Source: a virus
Lineage: Duplodnaviria > Caudoviricetes
Reading direction: 5' to 3' (one strand)
IMG/VR virus record: IMGVR_UViG_3300018080_000032
Span: 1 to 50,973 of that record
DNA: 50,973 nt
In this document: positions 9,786 through 18,133 of the stretch, piece by piece
Layout: the number at the start of each line of letters is the position of its first letter
Numbering within the stretch: position 1 is the stretch's first letter
Translations under genes and position numbers: made by a program
The notes under the pieces: model-generated
Databases searched by the model: none
Told to the model about the DNA's origin: nothing
What the model saw: the letters and a program-made list of their open reading frames with translations, nothing else

Positions 9786-10243
9786 CAGCCGATGATCCTC
9801 TGGAGGTACTGCAGCGTCCGGGCCGCTAGATCGGACTCAATCTCCTCGGCATCCGGTATCAGCTGCCGGAGTGGGAGGCTACGGCTCGGCGCGCCGCGGT
9901 CATGGGCGGCGGCGTAGCCGATGTCAGTTCCCATTACCGCCGTGCCGGGGCCAAGCCGGAGAACCTGCCCGGGCGCTCCTGGATCCGAGAGCGCAGCTTC
10001 GAGATCGCCGTCATAGACCATGATCCTGCGACCCGGTCGCTCACGCTCTTTGCGAGCAGCGTAGGTCGGCGATAGCGGCTGCCAGCCCCCGACGAGGCCG
10101 CCCTGCGAGATGAACTGCGCGCGCATCATCGACAGGAAGTCCTTGTGGTACTCCCGGAAGACCGGGCGCCAGTCCTGCAGGGCGTCGATCCAACGGCCGA
10201 CCTCCGGGATAAGGCGGCGCACCTCACGGGCGTCAACGCGCAT
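9785..10243 (-). CDS. Virion morphogenesis protein (Mu gpG / P2 gpS-like)
   Basis: WQPLSPTY, GTDIGYAAAHDRG and LPLRQLI motifs. Confidence 0.85.
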   Translation of the reverse strand: MRVDAREVRRLIPEVGRWIDALQDWRPVFREYHKDFLSMMRAQFISQGGLVGGWQPLSPTYAARKERERPGRRIMVYDGDLEAALSDPGAPGQVLRLGPGTAVMGTDIGYAAAHDRGAPSRSLPLRQLIPDAEEIESDLAARTLQYLQRIIG

Positions 10244-10704
10244 CAGAATACCTTGTCCATGATCGTCCCGAGCTCCGAGCGGTCGCCTAGGTCCTCGACC
10301 TCGTCAGGGTTTCGAGTGAGCTCCGTCGACGGCAGCGGCTTGGCAAGCGAGTAGGTCGCGTCATGCGGCACCAGCCCACCCGACTTCAGTCCGGCGATGA
10401 TCGAGCGATACTCGTCGGCCCAGAACTTCCAAGCCGACTCGGCTCCCGGCGGCCGCTCCTCCGGGAACATGCTCTTGAGCACCTGCGCCGCCGTCCCGTA
10501 CTTCGAACAGCTGCGCAGAAGCCCCACAAACCGCTCCGGCTCGGTGACCGGAACGGTGAGGCCAAGCCCCGCCAGGACTCCGTCGATCGTGTCGTCGACT
10601 CCTTGGCGGATGGCTTGGACCTGCGTTGAAGAGGGTTTCGTGGAGGAGCTGATGTCCCACTGGGCCAGCAGCCCCTCCACGTCTCCCAGATCAGAGTACG
10701 CCAT
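10243..10704 (-). CDS. Head-tail adaptor (Mu gp36-like)
   Basis: MAYSDLGDV start and IDGVLAG...VPV; directly after the capsid gene. Confidence 0.75.
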   Translation of the reverse strand: MAYSDLGDVEGLLAQWDISSSTKPSSTQVQAIRQGVDDTIDGVLAGLGLTVPVTEPERFVGLLRSCSKYGTAAQVLKSMFPEERPPGAESAWKFWADEYRSIIAGLKSGGLVPHDATYSLAKPLPSTELTRNPDEVEDLGDRSELGTIMDKVF

Positions 10705-10728
10705 GCGCCCGGCTACTCAGTCACGCTG

Positions 10729-11688
10729 CTACGTGGTGTAGATGCAGAGGCGCGGGTCGCCATAACCGACCGCGAAGCTGCCGCGCACGGCGTAGACGAA
10801 CTGCTCCTTCAGCACGGCGCTCTCGCTGTCGGCACTTTCGATGCCCTCCAGGTACGGCGCGAATTCCTGCTGGAACAGGAAGGGCGCGCGTCCCGGAGAC
10901 ACGTGGCAGAAGTACTCCCCGCCAGTGTCATCGATGTAGGACGTGGCGAGCACCATGTGGCCGGTCTTTGCCGTGAAGAAGATCGTGCCGTCCGGAGAGA
11001 TCGGCGGGACCGGAGCATCGTCCGACCCGCTTCCGATGTTCAGCGCCTCCCACCAAGCCGCCAGGCCCGTCGGGTGGATCACGATCAGGTTCGGCGCCTT
11101 GTTGATCGGCTTGCCCCGGGTGTCTCCGTACCCCATCATGGCGGTTGTTGCCGCGGCAAGGTTGGTGCGCTTGTTGGCCGCCGACGTGCCCGCCGTGGCG
11201 AGCGTGTTGTCGATCGTGCCACTGTCCAGAATGGTGCGGGCCGATCCGAAGAAGGCGGCGGCGTCGAACACCGGCGAATCGGTGGAAGCCGAGCCGCCGT
11301 TGTTCAGCAGGTCGAAGAGGTTCTCGCCGATGAAGCGCACCGCCTCCTCGGACAGCTGCCTCGTCTTCGGCGGGATCATCTGCATCTGGTCGCGCTCGAG
11401 CGCCAGCCGGTCGACGGCGAAGGCCGCCTTGTGCAGGTGGTTGACGAGTGTGAAGTCGGCACCGACCAGGTCGCCGAGCTCCAGCTCGCCCTTCCACCGC
11501 GTCATGAGCGGTACGTCCCACAGCCAGCCGTACTGGATGGACTCCTTGCCCTGCGAGTCCTGCGGCCGGTTGTCGAGCACCATCTTCAGCCACGGCGCCT
11601 GGTCGAGGCGGGCGGTGAAGTCGTCGTTGAAGATCTTTCGCGCCCCGGTCAGGGTGGCGGAAAGCAGATCGCTAGATAGTACTGGCAT
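10729..11688 (-). CDS. Major capsid protein (Mu gpT-like)
   Basis: YGWLWDVPLMTRWKGE, FTLVN, VDRLALERD, P.LIVIHP and C-terminal VGYGDPRL motifs. Confidence 0.92.
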   Translation of the reverse strand: MPVLSSDLLSATLTGARKIFNDDFTARLDQAPWLKMVLDNRPQDSQGKESIQYGWLWDVPLMTRWKGELELGDLVGADFTLVNHLHKAAFAVDRLALERDQMQMIPPKTRQLSEEAVRFIGENLFDLLNNGGSASTDSPVFDAAAFFGSARTILDSGTIDNTLATAGTSAANKRTNLAAATTAMMGYGDTRGKPINKAPNLIVIHPTGLAAWWEALNIGSGSDDAPVPPISPDGTIFFTAKTGHMVLATSYIDDTGGEYFCHVSPGRAPFLFQQEFAPYLEGIESADSESAVLKEQFVYAVRGSFAVGYGDPRLCIYTT

Positions 11689-11701
11689 CGTCTATCTCCC
11701 C

Positions 11702-12679
11702 TTAGGCCATCGGCACGACGCGGTAGTAGACGGTGACCTTCAGGTCGCCGTCGCCAGTCGTGAACTCGTTGGCGCCGTTGTTGTCGAGGTCGATCGCGGT
11801 GTTGGCGACCGGCACGACACTGGCTCCGACGTCGGCCCACAAGCGCGCGTCGGCGCTGGCTTCGACTAGGGCGGTGCACTGCGCCTCGCTGCCGAGCTCG
11901 GAGATCTCGGTGCTCGCGCTGTAGCGGACCGCGAGATGGTCGGTACCGGCGGTCTGGACGAAGTCGGTGCCGCCGTGATCCATGAACAGCATCACGCCGA
12001 CGGGGATGATCGCCAGCCCCGCGCCGGGCGCGGCCACCAACTCGATGTTGGTCGCGGCGAGCGCCTTCAGCTGAGCAGCGGTCACCGTCACCTGCGCCCG
12101 CCCGATCACGGCCCCGAGGGCAGCGCTTGCATCGAGCAGGTTCAGCTCGCCGTAGGTCACCGTCGCGCCGTCGAGGATGTTCAGCTCGGCGTAGGTCGCG
12201 GTGCAGCCGTCGAGGATGTTGAGCTCCGCAACGGAGGCCGTCACGCCGCTCGTCGGGTACGCCACCGGCCCGGGCACGAAGACCCAGCATAGCGCAGCGC
12301 TGACGTACTCCGTCATGATCCCGACGAACACGTCGTTGGTTGCACCGGCGGCATCGTCGACGGTGTTGTCGTCGACCATGTACATAGGGGTGCCGAGCAT
12401 GGCCTGAGTGACGCTGGAGGCCGCGAACAGGAACTCGCAGCCGAAGCGCACCTTGACCGAAACAGCGCCGTCGGTCGCGCCGCCAGTGGCAGCTTCGATC
12501 GCGACGCCAACGGTCAGCCGGTTGGCGGCGTCGGTGCCATCGTAGGCGTAGCCGCTCGCGCTCGTGTTGACGGCTACGAGGGAACCCTCGTAGACCACCT
12601 CCGAAGCGGCAAGCGGTACCTCTACGATGTAGCCGACTCCACGAGACCGGCGCCCGTAGTCACCAGATAGTGCAGTCAT
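11702..12679 (-). CDS. Capsid decoration/cement protein with fibre-like extension
   Basis: N-terminal cement-like domain, three 13-aa AELNILDG-type repeats, and a C-terminal beta domain. Confidence 0.7.
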   Translation of the reverse strand: MTALSGDYGRRSRGVGYIVEVPLAASEVVYEGSLVAVNTSASGYAYDGTDAANRLTVGVAIEAATGGATDGAVSVKVRFGCEFLFAASSVTQAMLGTPMYMVDDNTVDDAAGATNDVFVGIMTEYVSAALCWVFVPGPVAYPTSGVTASVAELNILDGCTATYAELNILDGATVTYGELNLLDASAALGAVIGRAQVTVTAAQLKALAATNIELVAAPGAGLAIIPVGVMLFMDHGGTDFVQTAGTDHLAVRYSASTEISELGSEAQCTALVEASADARLWADVGASVVPVANTAIDLDNNGANEFTTGDGDLKVTVYYRVVPMA

Positions 12680-12683
12680 CGTC

Positions 12684-13220
12684 TCACCTCATGTTGGTTC
12701 GGGCCGTCGACTCTGCGCAGCCCACCGCATCGGCCACCTCGGCCGGTTCGGCGTCGGGGTGTAGCTCGACATAGGCGCGCACTGCCTCGGCTTTTGTGTC
12801 GTAGTGATCGGGGTCGAAGTCCGGCTCGACCGGCTCGTCAGGAGGCTCGCTGAGGGGCTCTTCCTCGCCGATGAACACAGGCTCCGAGTCGTCCTCTTCG
12901 TCGTCGGAGGCGTCGTTCGGTGCCTCCTCGGCGGATTCCTCGGGTAGGCTTGCGACCACCGCTTCCCTGGGTTGCTCCGGGAAGGGCTCAACCGTCACAG
13001 GTGTCTGCTCCTCGGCCGGTTCGGCGTCGGGGTCTGGTTCATCACCAGCGGTCGCGCCACCGTCGGCAACGCTGATGCCGGCCTTGGCCAGGAACTCGTG
13101 AGCCACTGGGCCAAGCCATCTCGCCGTCGACTCGGGCCAGCCCGCCTGCAGGCACGCCTCGGTCGGCTCGACCCCCTCGGCCAGCAGCTCGGCCAACTTC
13201 AGGTGGCGTTCCGAAGGCAT
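12684..13220 (-). CDS. Acidic protein with N- and C-terminal HTH-like motifs
   Basis: TEACLQAGWPESTAR and PAEVADAVGCAESTAR flank an Asp/Glu/Pro-rich linker. Confidence 0.65.
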   Translation of the reverse strand: MPSERHLKLAELLAEGVEPTEACLQAGWPESTARWLGPVAHEFLAKAGISVADGGATAGDEPDPDAEPAEEQTPVTVEPFPEQPREAVVASLPEESAEEAPNDASDDEEDDSEPVFIGEEEPLSEPPDEPVEPDFDPDHYDTKAEAVRAYVELHPDAEPAEVADAVGCAESTARTNMR

Positions 13221-13222
13221 GG

Positions 13223-14725
13223 CTAGACCGCCTCGGTCCGAGCGGCGTCGGAGGCCTTCTGGGCACGGAAGTCGTCCTCGGAGATCCCCATAGACCGAGC
13301 TACCTTCTGCTCGGCCGCGGACAGCTCCGCCGGGGGCGTCTGCTCCTCGCTCGAGCCAACCTCGCCGAGGTTGACCCTGGCAAACCCGACCGCCATGTCG
13401 GCAAGCTTCTCTGGGCCGACCCTCTCAGCGAGCGCGATGAGCGCCGGCTTGGCGGCAGGCGCGATCACTCCGTCGCCGTTGTCGGCCATGACGGCATCGA
13501 CGGCAGCCAGGATCTTCTCCTTGGCACGCTCCGCCTCGAGCTCGGCAACGCGCTGAGCCAGCTGGACCGTCGCATCGCCCGGATCGTCTTCGACCGCATC
13601 CTCCGGCTCTTCGGCGTCGCCGCCCGAATCCGGCTCGTCGTTGGTGGTATCGCCGTCGGCGTCTCCACCGGTGTCCTGACTGGTCGTCAGCTCGTCGAGC
13701 TTGGCCAGCACGTCGTCTTCGGAAGCGTCCTCGTCGAGGCCCAGCTTCGCGTTCAGAACCTTCAGGTCCATGTCTGAGTCTCCTTCACTCATTTTGAACG
13801 TGCCCTTGACCACGCGGGCCAAGTCCACTTGAAAGGCCTTCCACCGGCTGCGGAGCGTTCCCGCGCCCGTTCGATTACGGATCATTGTGTCGATGCGCTT
13901 CCAGGCCGCTTCGAGCTCCGAGAATGCCGCAGCGAGCTCCTCGTCGGCCTCGGCAAGCTCTACCGGGATGTACTGCACCGTGACCTCGGCGGGGTCGCCC
14001 AGGGTCACTTCGTGGTCGTCACCGACGGCAAACGGGAAGCGCCATAGCTTTCCGTCGAATTCGACGATCGCCTCATTCAGGTCCGGGTAGGTGTCTCGGA
14101 CCCACGGATGGCCGCGGGCGTCGTCGTCCTCCACTCCGAAGTGGACGCGCACGGCGGCTCGGATCCTATTCGACAGCTCCTCCGAGCCGATCTCGGCCTG
14201 GAAGAGAATCGCGTCCTCGAAGCCGGCGGCCCGCAACGAAACCGCCACGTCGGCCAGCCCGTGCACAGCAGGAATGTCGTCTCCCAGCACCGCCAGGCCA
14301 GTGAGGACCTTGGCGTACTCCTTGCCGGCCACGGTGTATCCCTCCGCAACTAGCGGAATGAGGGTGACCTCCGGACTGCGCAGACGATAGGCGCCGCCCT
14401 GGATCATCTCTGCCAGCCGCACGGGTACCTGCCGCAAATCGACGACCAGCCGATCGCCGACGCGCCTGAGGTTGTCGAGCCAGCCCAGCGCCGGAAAACC
14501 GTCGAGGTCGCCGTCGACGTCGTCACCGAATAGGAGCTTCGCGACGCGCTGCTTGGCGTCATGGCCGATCTTGAGCCGCGGCTTGAACTCGTCCTTGATG
14601 GCCTCGTATACGGCAACGGCCTCGTCCAAGTCCTCGCTACTGAATGCGACTCGACCATGGCTGACGCTGTTCCAAGATCCGACCCGCAGGACCTCGACAT
14701 TGGGAATGTCCACCGTCTTGAGCAT
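13223..14725 (-). CDS. Prohead protease/scaffold (Mu gpI-like)
   Basis: PRLKIGHD, PALGW, GAYRLRSPE, LTGLAVLG..PAV motifs; C-terminal scaffold with VARSMGISEDDF. Confidence 0.88.
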   Translation of the reverse strand: MLKTVDIPNVEVLRVGSWNSVSHGRVAFSSEDLDEAVAVYEAIKDEFKPRLKIGHDAKQRVAKLLFGDDVDGDLDGFPALGWLDNLRRVGDRLVVDLRQVPVRLAEMIQGGAYRLRSPEVTLIPLVAEGYTVAGKEYAKVLTGLAVLGDDIPAVHGLADVAVSLRAAGFEDAILFQAEIGSEELSNRIRAAVRVHFGVEDDDARGHPWVRDTYPDLNEAIVEFDGKLWRFPFAVGDDHEVTLGDPAEVTVQYIPVELAEADEELAAAFSELEAAWKRIDTMIRNRTGAGTLRSRWKAFQVDLARVVKGTFKMSEGDSDMDLKVLNAKLGLDEDASEDDVLAKLDELTTSQDTGGDADGDTTNDEPDSGGDAEEPEDAVEDDPGDATVQLAQRVAELEAERAKEKILAAVDAVMADNGDGVIAPAAKPALIALAERVGPEKLADMAVGFARVNLGEVGSSEEQTPPAELSAAEQKVARSMGISEDDFRAQKASDAARTEAV

Positions 14726-14901
14726 GCTGTCCTCATGTGAAAAGCCCGCCTGTCACGGCGGGCCTCTGTTGAGGGCGGCTGGATTCGGCTATCCAGCGGG
14801 CCTCGGCCGAGGGCGGCCGATCTGGCGGGCGCAGCGGAGCCGTGCAGCCCTTATTGCCTGGGCGAGACGTGGCGCTCCGCGAGGCCACTCTATTCAGCTG
14901 T
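14726..14901 (-). promoter_or_regulatory. Highly structured 5' leader ending in a terminator-like hairpin
   Basis: Series of hairpins; the last is GCCCGCC-gtgaca-GGCGGGC-TTTT just before the protease RBS. Confidence 0.55.
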
Positions 14902-14931
14902 CTATCAGTCTACCACACGGTCTTAGCCCGG
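14902..14931 (-). promoter_or_regulatory. Putative late promoter, copy 2
   Basis: CCGGGCTAAG-N6-TGGTAGACTG-N-TAG with extended -10 TGnTAGACT; same motif at 23469-23498. Confidence 0.7.
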
Positions 14932-14933
14932 CT

Positions 14934-15065
14934 TCAACACGCTTCGCGCAGGGCCTTGGAATACGTGACGATCGCCTGACCCATCTGGATCAGCGCTCGC
15001 CCGACGAGCTCGAGCATCTGGGCCCGGGCCGTGCGCTCGACAATGCCCATCGACGGAACGCTCAC
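14934..15065 (-). CDS. Small hypothetical protein (43 aa, MSVPSMGIVERTAR...)
   Basis: GTG start overlaps the portal TGA (GTGA coupling); below the ORF-track cut-off. Confidence 0.5.
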   Translation of the reverse strand: MSVPSMGIVERTARAQMLELVGRALIQMGQAIVTYSKALREAC

Positions 15066-17431
15066 TTCCTGACCGCGATGAGGATTCCCCTGCAACGCTC
15101 CCTCCCATCACAGCCCTCGTACGGTGCGTATCTGGCTAACTCCTCTGGTTGGTCAGCCGGGATGCGTCGCCCGTCAACCTTCCGACACGGTCCACACGTG
15201 CCGGAGTCCATTACTTCCGAGTTGAGGTAGAAGTCGATCACGTCCTCGTGTCGGACATGCGTCGCGCGACGGCCGGCGTTGAGAGCCTCCGACGTAGCAC
15301 CGTATGCCCGCTTCTGGATCTCGGAGTCGGACAGGGCGGACAGGAGCTCATTGAGTGCTGTCCCATCGAACGCACCTCGCTTGGCCTGGCTCTGCACCTC
15401 GCGGGTGAACGAGGGCCGCAAGCGCTCCGACAGTTCGAATGCAATCAGCGCGGCAGAGCCGGCAAGGAATGCGGCAACGGCGCCTGGACTCGCCCAGTCG
15501 ATTCCCTCCTCGGAGTCAAACTCAGCCTCTTCGGCGGTCGCCTCGGGGAGCTCTGGGGCCGGGGCCTCGCCTAGCTCGTTGGCTGCCTCCACGCGCCCGG
15601 CATCATAGAGCCGCCGTAGCTCTCCCTCGATCGCATCGGCGAGCTCGTCAACGTACCGGATCTCGAAGCCGACCAAGCGCTCTAGCTTGCCACTACGGAT
15701 GATGGCAGCGGCAAACCGGATTAGGTCATCGATCTGCCTAAGCTGCACGTCCTGAGCCACCTTGACGATCGCATTCACCGCGGTGTCGAGGCTTTCCTGC
15801 ATCGATTGGAAGTTGATGGTGACTCCGACCTCATCGATCATGCCAAGGCTCGGTAGTCGGGCGGGCTCGGCGTCCTCCGATGCCATTTGGATCGACCCGT
15901 TGCCGTTGCCGGAGTTCGGCGCGGCGGGTGCTATCTCTGGCATGGGCTTCGGCATCTTCTCGGGTAGCAGGGCGTCGATCACGCCTGGCGTTATGTTGAG
16001 GAACGCGGCAAGCGCGGATGCCCCCTGCTCGCGCGTGAGCTGGCCAGCCTGAACCTGACCGACGATGTCGAGAGCGAGGCTGATCTGATCGCCTCCGAAC
16101 GCCTGACTACCGGAAATGCCCGCCGCTTCCAGCAATGCCTCGGGATCCCCGGCGTCCGACTTCTCCGGCTTCGGCGCCGCATCCGGCAGCCCCAGCAGCT
16201 CGCGCCCGGCAGTCTCGATGTCCTGCGCCAGCGTGTCCATCCGGCCCGTTTGCAGCAGTGCCACAGCGGCGTCAACGTACTCCTTCACGTTTCGAGTGTC
16301 CAGCTTGCCGTGGCGCATCTTCGGGATCCTGGCGCGGTCGTCGATGCCCCAGTTCCAATAGGCGAGATTCGGGGTCAAGTAGCGATTGAACGTCCCATCG
16401 ATGTTCTCCGCAACCGACTTCAGCGCCATCAGAAACAGCGACGAGTGGTCGACGCCGACGGCCCACGCGCCGCTCGTGCCCTTGTCGCCGAGCTGGAGGA
16501 ACTGCGCGAGGCCAGTCTCGAGAATCTGACGGGCGTGGTGCTGCACCCAGGGAAGTGGGTCTAGCACACTGCCCTCCACCCCCTGGATCCGGTACGTGAC
16601 GCCCGGCACTTCCTTGAAGAACATACGGTCAGTCACTCTCACCGTCTGAGCAGCGCGCTCGGCTGCCTCGTCCTGGTCCCCGCTGGTACCCTCCACGGTG
16701 ACCACATCCACGCCGGATGCACGGCGCTGAACGGCGATCGCCGCCACGCGCTCGTAGCCGTCCTTGTACCACCAGTCCTTGTAGGCCTCCCGGAGGATGG
16801 ACCGGCCTCGAATGTCGGGGCCCTCACGAGCATTAACGAAGGCCAGAAGGCGCTCGATCGGAATGGTCACCTCGGGCGGGGATCCACCCTTGTACTGCTT
16901 GATGCCCTTCGGCCCACCGTGGTCGTCGGTGAGCCACTCCGTCACCGTTGCAGGAGGTCGCGGGGCCAGTTTCCTGAGTCGGATCTGGTCGCCCTGCTTC
17001 TCGAGGACCACCTCAAAGGGCATGACGCCGTACAGCAGGTGTTTCAGAATCGCTCGCCTCGTATCGGGCCAGCTGGTGGTCATGTCCTCGAGGTTGTCGT
17101 TGAGCGCCTCGGCAAGCTCGACGTCGCGCTCCTCGTCAGAGGCGGGCTCGAACTGCGCGGCGACGGAAAGTAGGGGGAACTGAATCGCCCTGAGCAGCGC
17201 GCCGACAGTTCCATCGTTGCGCATCTTGTCGTATACGCGGTAGCCGGCCTGGCCCGTCAGGTCGGGGTTATAGTCCTCCTTGCTGAGGAGTACGCCGCCG
17301 AACACCTGCAGACCGGCAGTGCCGATCTCGTCGAGCGGCGGGGCTGGAGGCTTCTTCGATTCGGCGAGTTGGATCGGCTCTGCCAGTCCCACCCGGCTGA
17401 GCATTTGAAGCGTCGTGTCCTTGAGCGTCAT
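15062..17431 (-). CDS. Portal protein (DUF935 / Mu gp29-like) fused to a MuF-like head morphogenesis domain
   Basis: YDKMRND, LLYGVMPFE, GRSILREAY and GAWAVG portal motifs; C-terminal DSGTCGPC...DG...CDGRERCRGI is MuF-like. Confidence 0.88.
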   Translation of the reverse strand: MTLKDTTLQMLSRVGLAEPIQLAESKKPPAPPLDEIGTAGLQVFGGVLLSKEDYNPDLTGQAGYRVYDKMRNDGTVGALLRAIQFPLLSVAAQFEPASDEERDVELAEALNDNLEDMTTSWPDTRRAILKHLLYGVMPFEVVLEKQGDQIRLRKLAPRPPATVTEWLTDDHGGPKGIKQYKGGSPPEVTIPIERLLAFVNAREGPDIRGRSILREAYKDWWYKDGYERVAAIAVQRRASGVDVVTVEGTSGDQDEAAERAAQTVRVTDRMFFKEVPGVTYRIQGVEGSVLDPLPWVQHHARQILETGLAQFLQLGDKGTSGAWAVGVDHSSLFLMALKSVAENIDGTFNRYLTPNLAYWNWGIDDRARIPKMRHGKLDTRNVKEYVDAAVALLQTGRMDTLAQDIETAGRELLGLPDAAPKPEKSDAGDPEALLEAAGISGSQAFGGDQISLALDIVGQVQAGQLTREQGASALAAFLNITPGVIDALLPEKMPKPMPEIAPAAPNSGNGNGSIQMASEDAEPARLPSLGMIDEVGVTINFQSMQESLDTAVNAIVKVAQDVQLRQIDDLIRFAAAIIRSGKLERLVGFEIRYVDELADAIEGELRRLYDAGRVEAANELGEAPAPELPEATAEEAEFDSEEGIDWASPGAVAAFLAGSAALIAFELSERLRPSFTREVQSQAKRGAFDGTALNELLSALSDSEIQKRAYGATSEALNAGRRATHVRHEDVIDFYLNSEVMDSGTCGPCRKVDGRRIPADQPEELARYAPYEGCDGRERCRGILIAVRK

Positions 17432-17511
17432 GCCAGATCCTTCTTGACGTCGAAGAGTGTTCTATCCGCTATGGCGGTCCAAGGCTGAGTCATGGGTCGG
17501 AGGCTGTCCTC

Positions 17512-17808
17512 CTAGTCGACCAGGCTATCCACAACCTTGAACGCGGTCTCGGCTACGCCCGCCGCGGCCCCAGTTCCGATCCACCGGTATATCCACGTCC
17601 CCGTCTCGTCCGGCTGCACGTCCTTGTAATAGACTCCCGTCGCGCCCTTGGTCACCTGGCCCAGCGCGTAGGTATAGCTATCGATGTTCCCGCTGGGGTC
17701 CTTGACCTTCAGGGTGACGGTCGTCGGGTCGGTGTTTGAGCCGCCGACGGCGAATGTGGCCTGTACCCTGACTGTGGCTCCCTCGAGGTACTCGCTGCCG
17801 TAGCTCAC
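17512..17808 (-). CDS. Small Ig-like beta-sandwich virion protein
   Basis: 98 aa with DPTTVTLKVKDPSG, GVYYKD and GTWIYRW; good RBS. Confidence 0.7.
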   Translation of the reverse strand: MSYGSEYLEGATVRVQATFAVGGSNTDPTTVTLKVKDPSGNIDSYTYALGQVTKGATGVYYKDVQPDETGTWIYRWIGTGAAAGVAETAFKVVDSLVD

Positions 17809-17817
17809 ATCGACCTC

Positions 17818-17979
17818 CTAGCACTTCGAATCGGACAGCGTGACCGTGGTCGTCTCCGCGTCGGCTAGCGACACGGCGGTCGTCTCGGCGTCGTCGAGCG
17901 CCACGGCAGTGAGGGCCGAGTCGGTAGGGGTGACGACCGTGATCTCCGCATCGGCCAGCGTCACGCATGCGTTAGCCAT
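17818..17979 (-). CDS. 53-aa microprotein with a 10-aa internal repeat
   Basis: MANACVTLADAEITVVTPTDSALTAVALDDAETTAVSLADAETTTVTLSDSKC; fills the gap between neighbouring genes. Confidence 0.65.
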   Translation of the reverse strand: MANACVTLADAEITVVTPTDSALTAVALDDAETTAVSLADAETTTVTLSDSKC

Positions 17980-18133
17980 CGCAGCCGCTCGTGTCGTTCA
18001 GTGTCACTGTTGTCGTCTCCGCGTCCTCGATCTGCACACACGCCCTCGCGTAGCCGAGCTTCGGCAAGCCGCGATCCGGCCAGCCCCAATCGGGGAGCGC
18101 ATTCTGCGGAATGCCGATCACGTCATCGCTCAC
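17972..18133 (-). CDS. 53-aa microprotein sharing the repeat of its neighbour
   Basis: MSDDVIGIPQNALPDWGWPDRGLPKLGYARACVQIEDAETTTVTLNDTSGCDG; GTGA-coupled to the 964-aa gene. Confidence 0.6.
   Translation of the reverse strand: MSDDVIGIPQNALPDWGWPDRGLPKLGYARACVQIEDAETTTVTLNDTSGCDG

Noticed and set aside
12130-12245. 39-bp repeats as a CRISPR-like array
   Set aside because: They are in-frame coding repeats (AELNILDG) without unique spacers.
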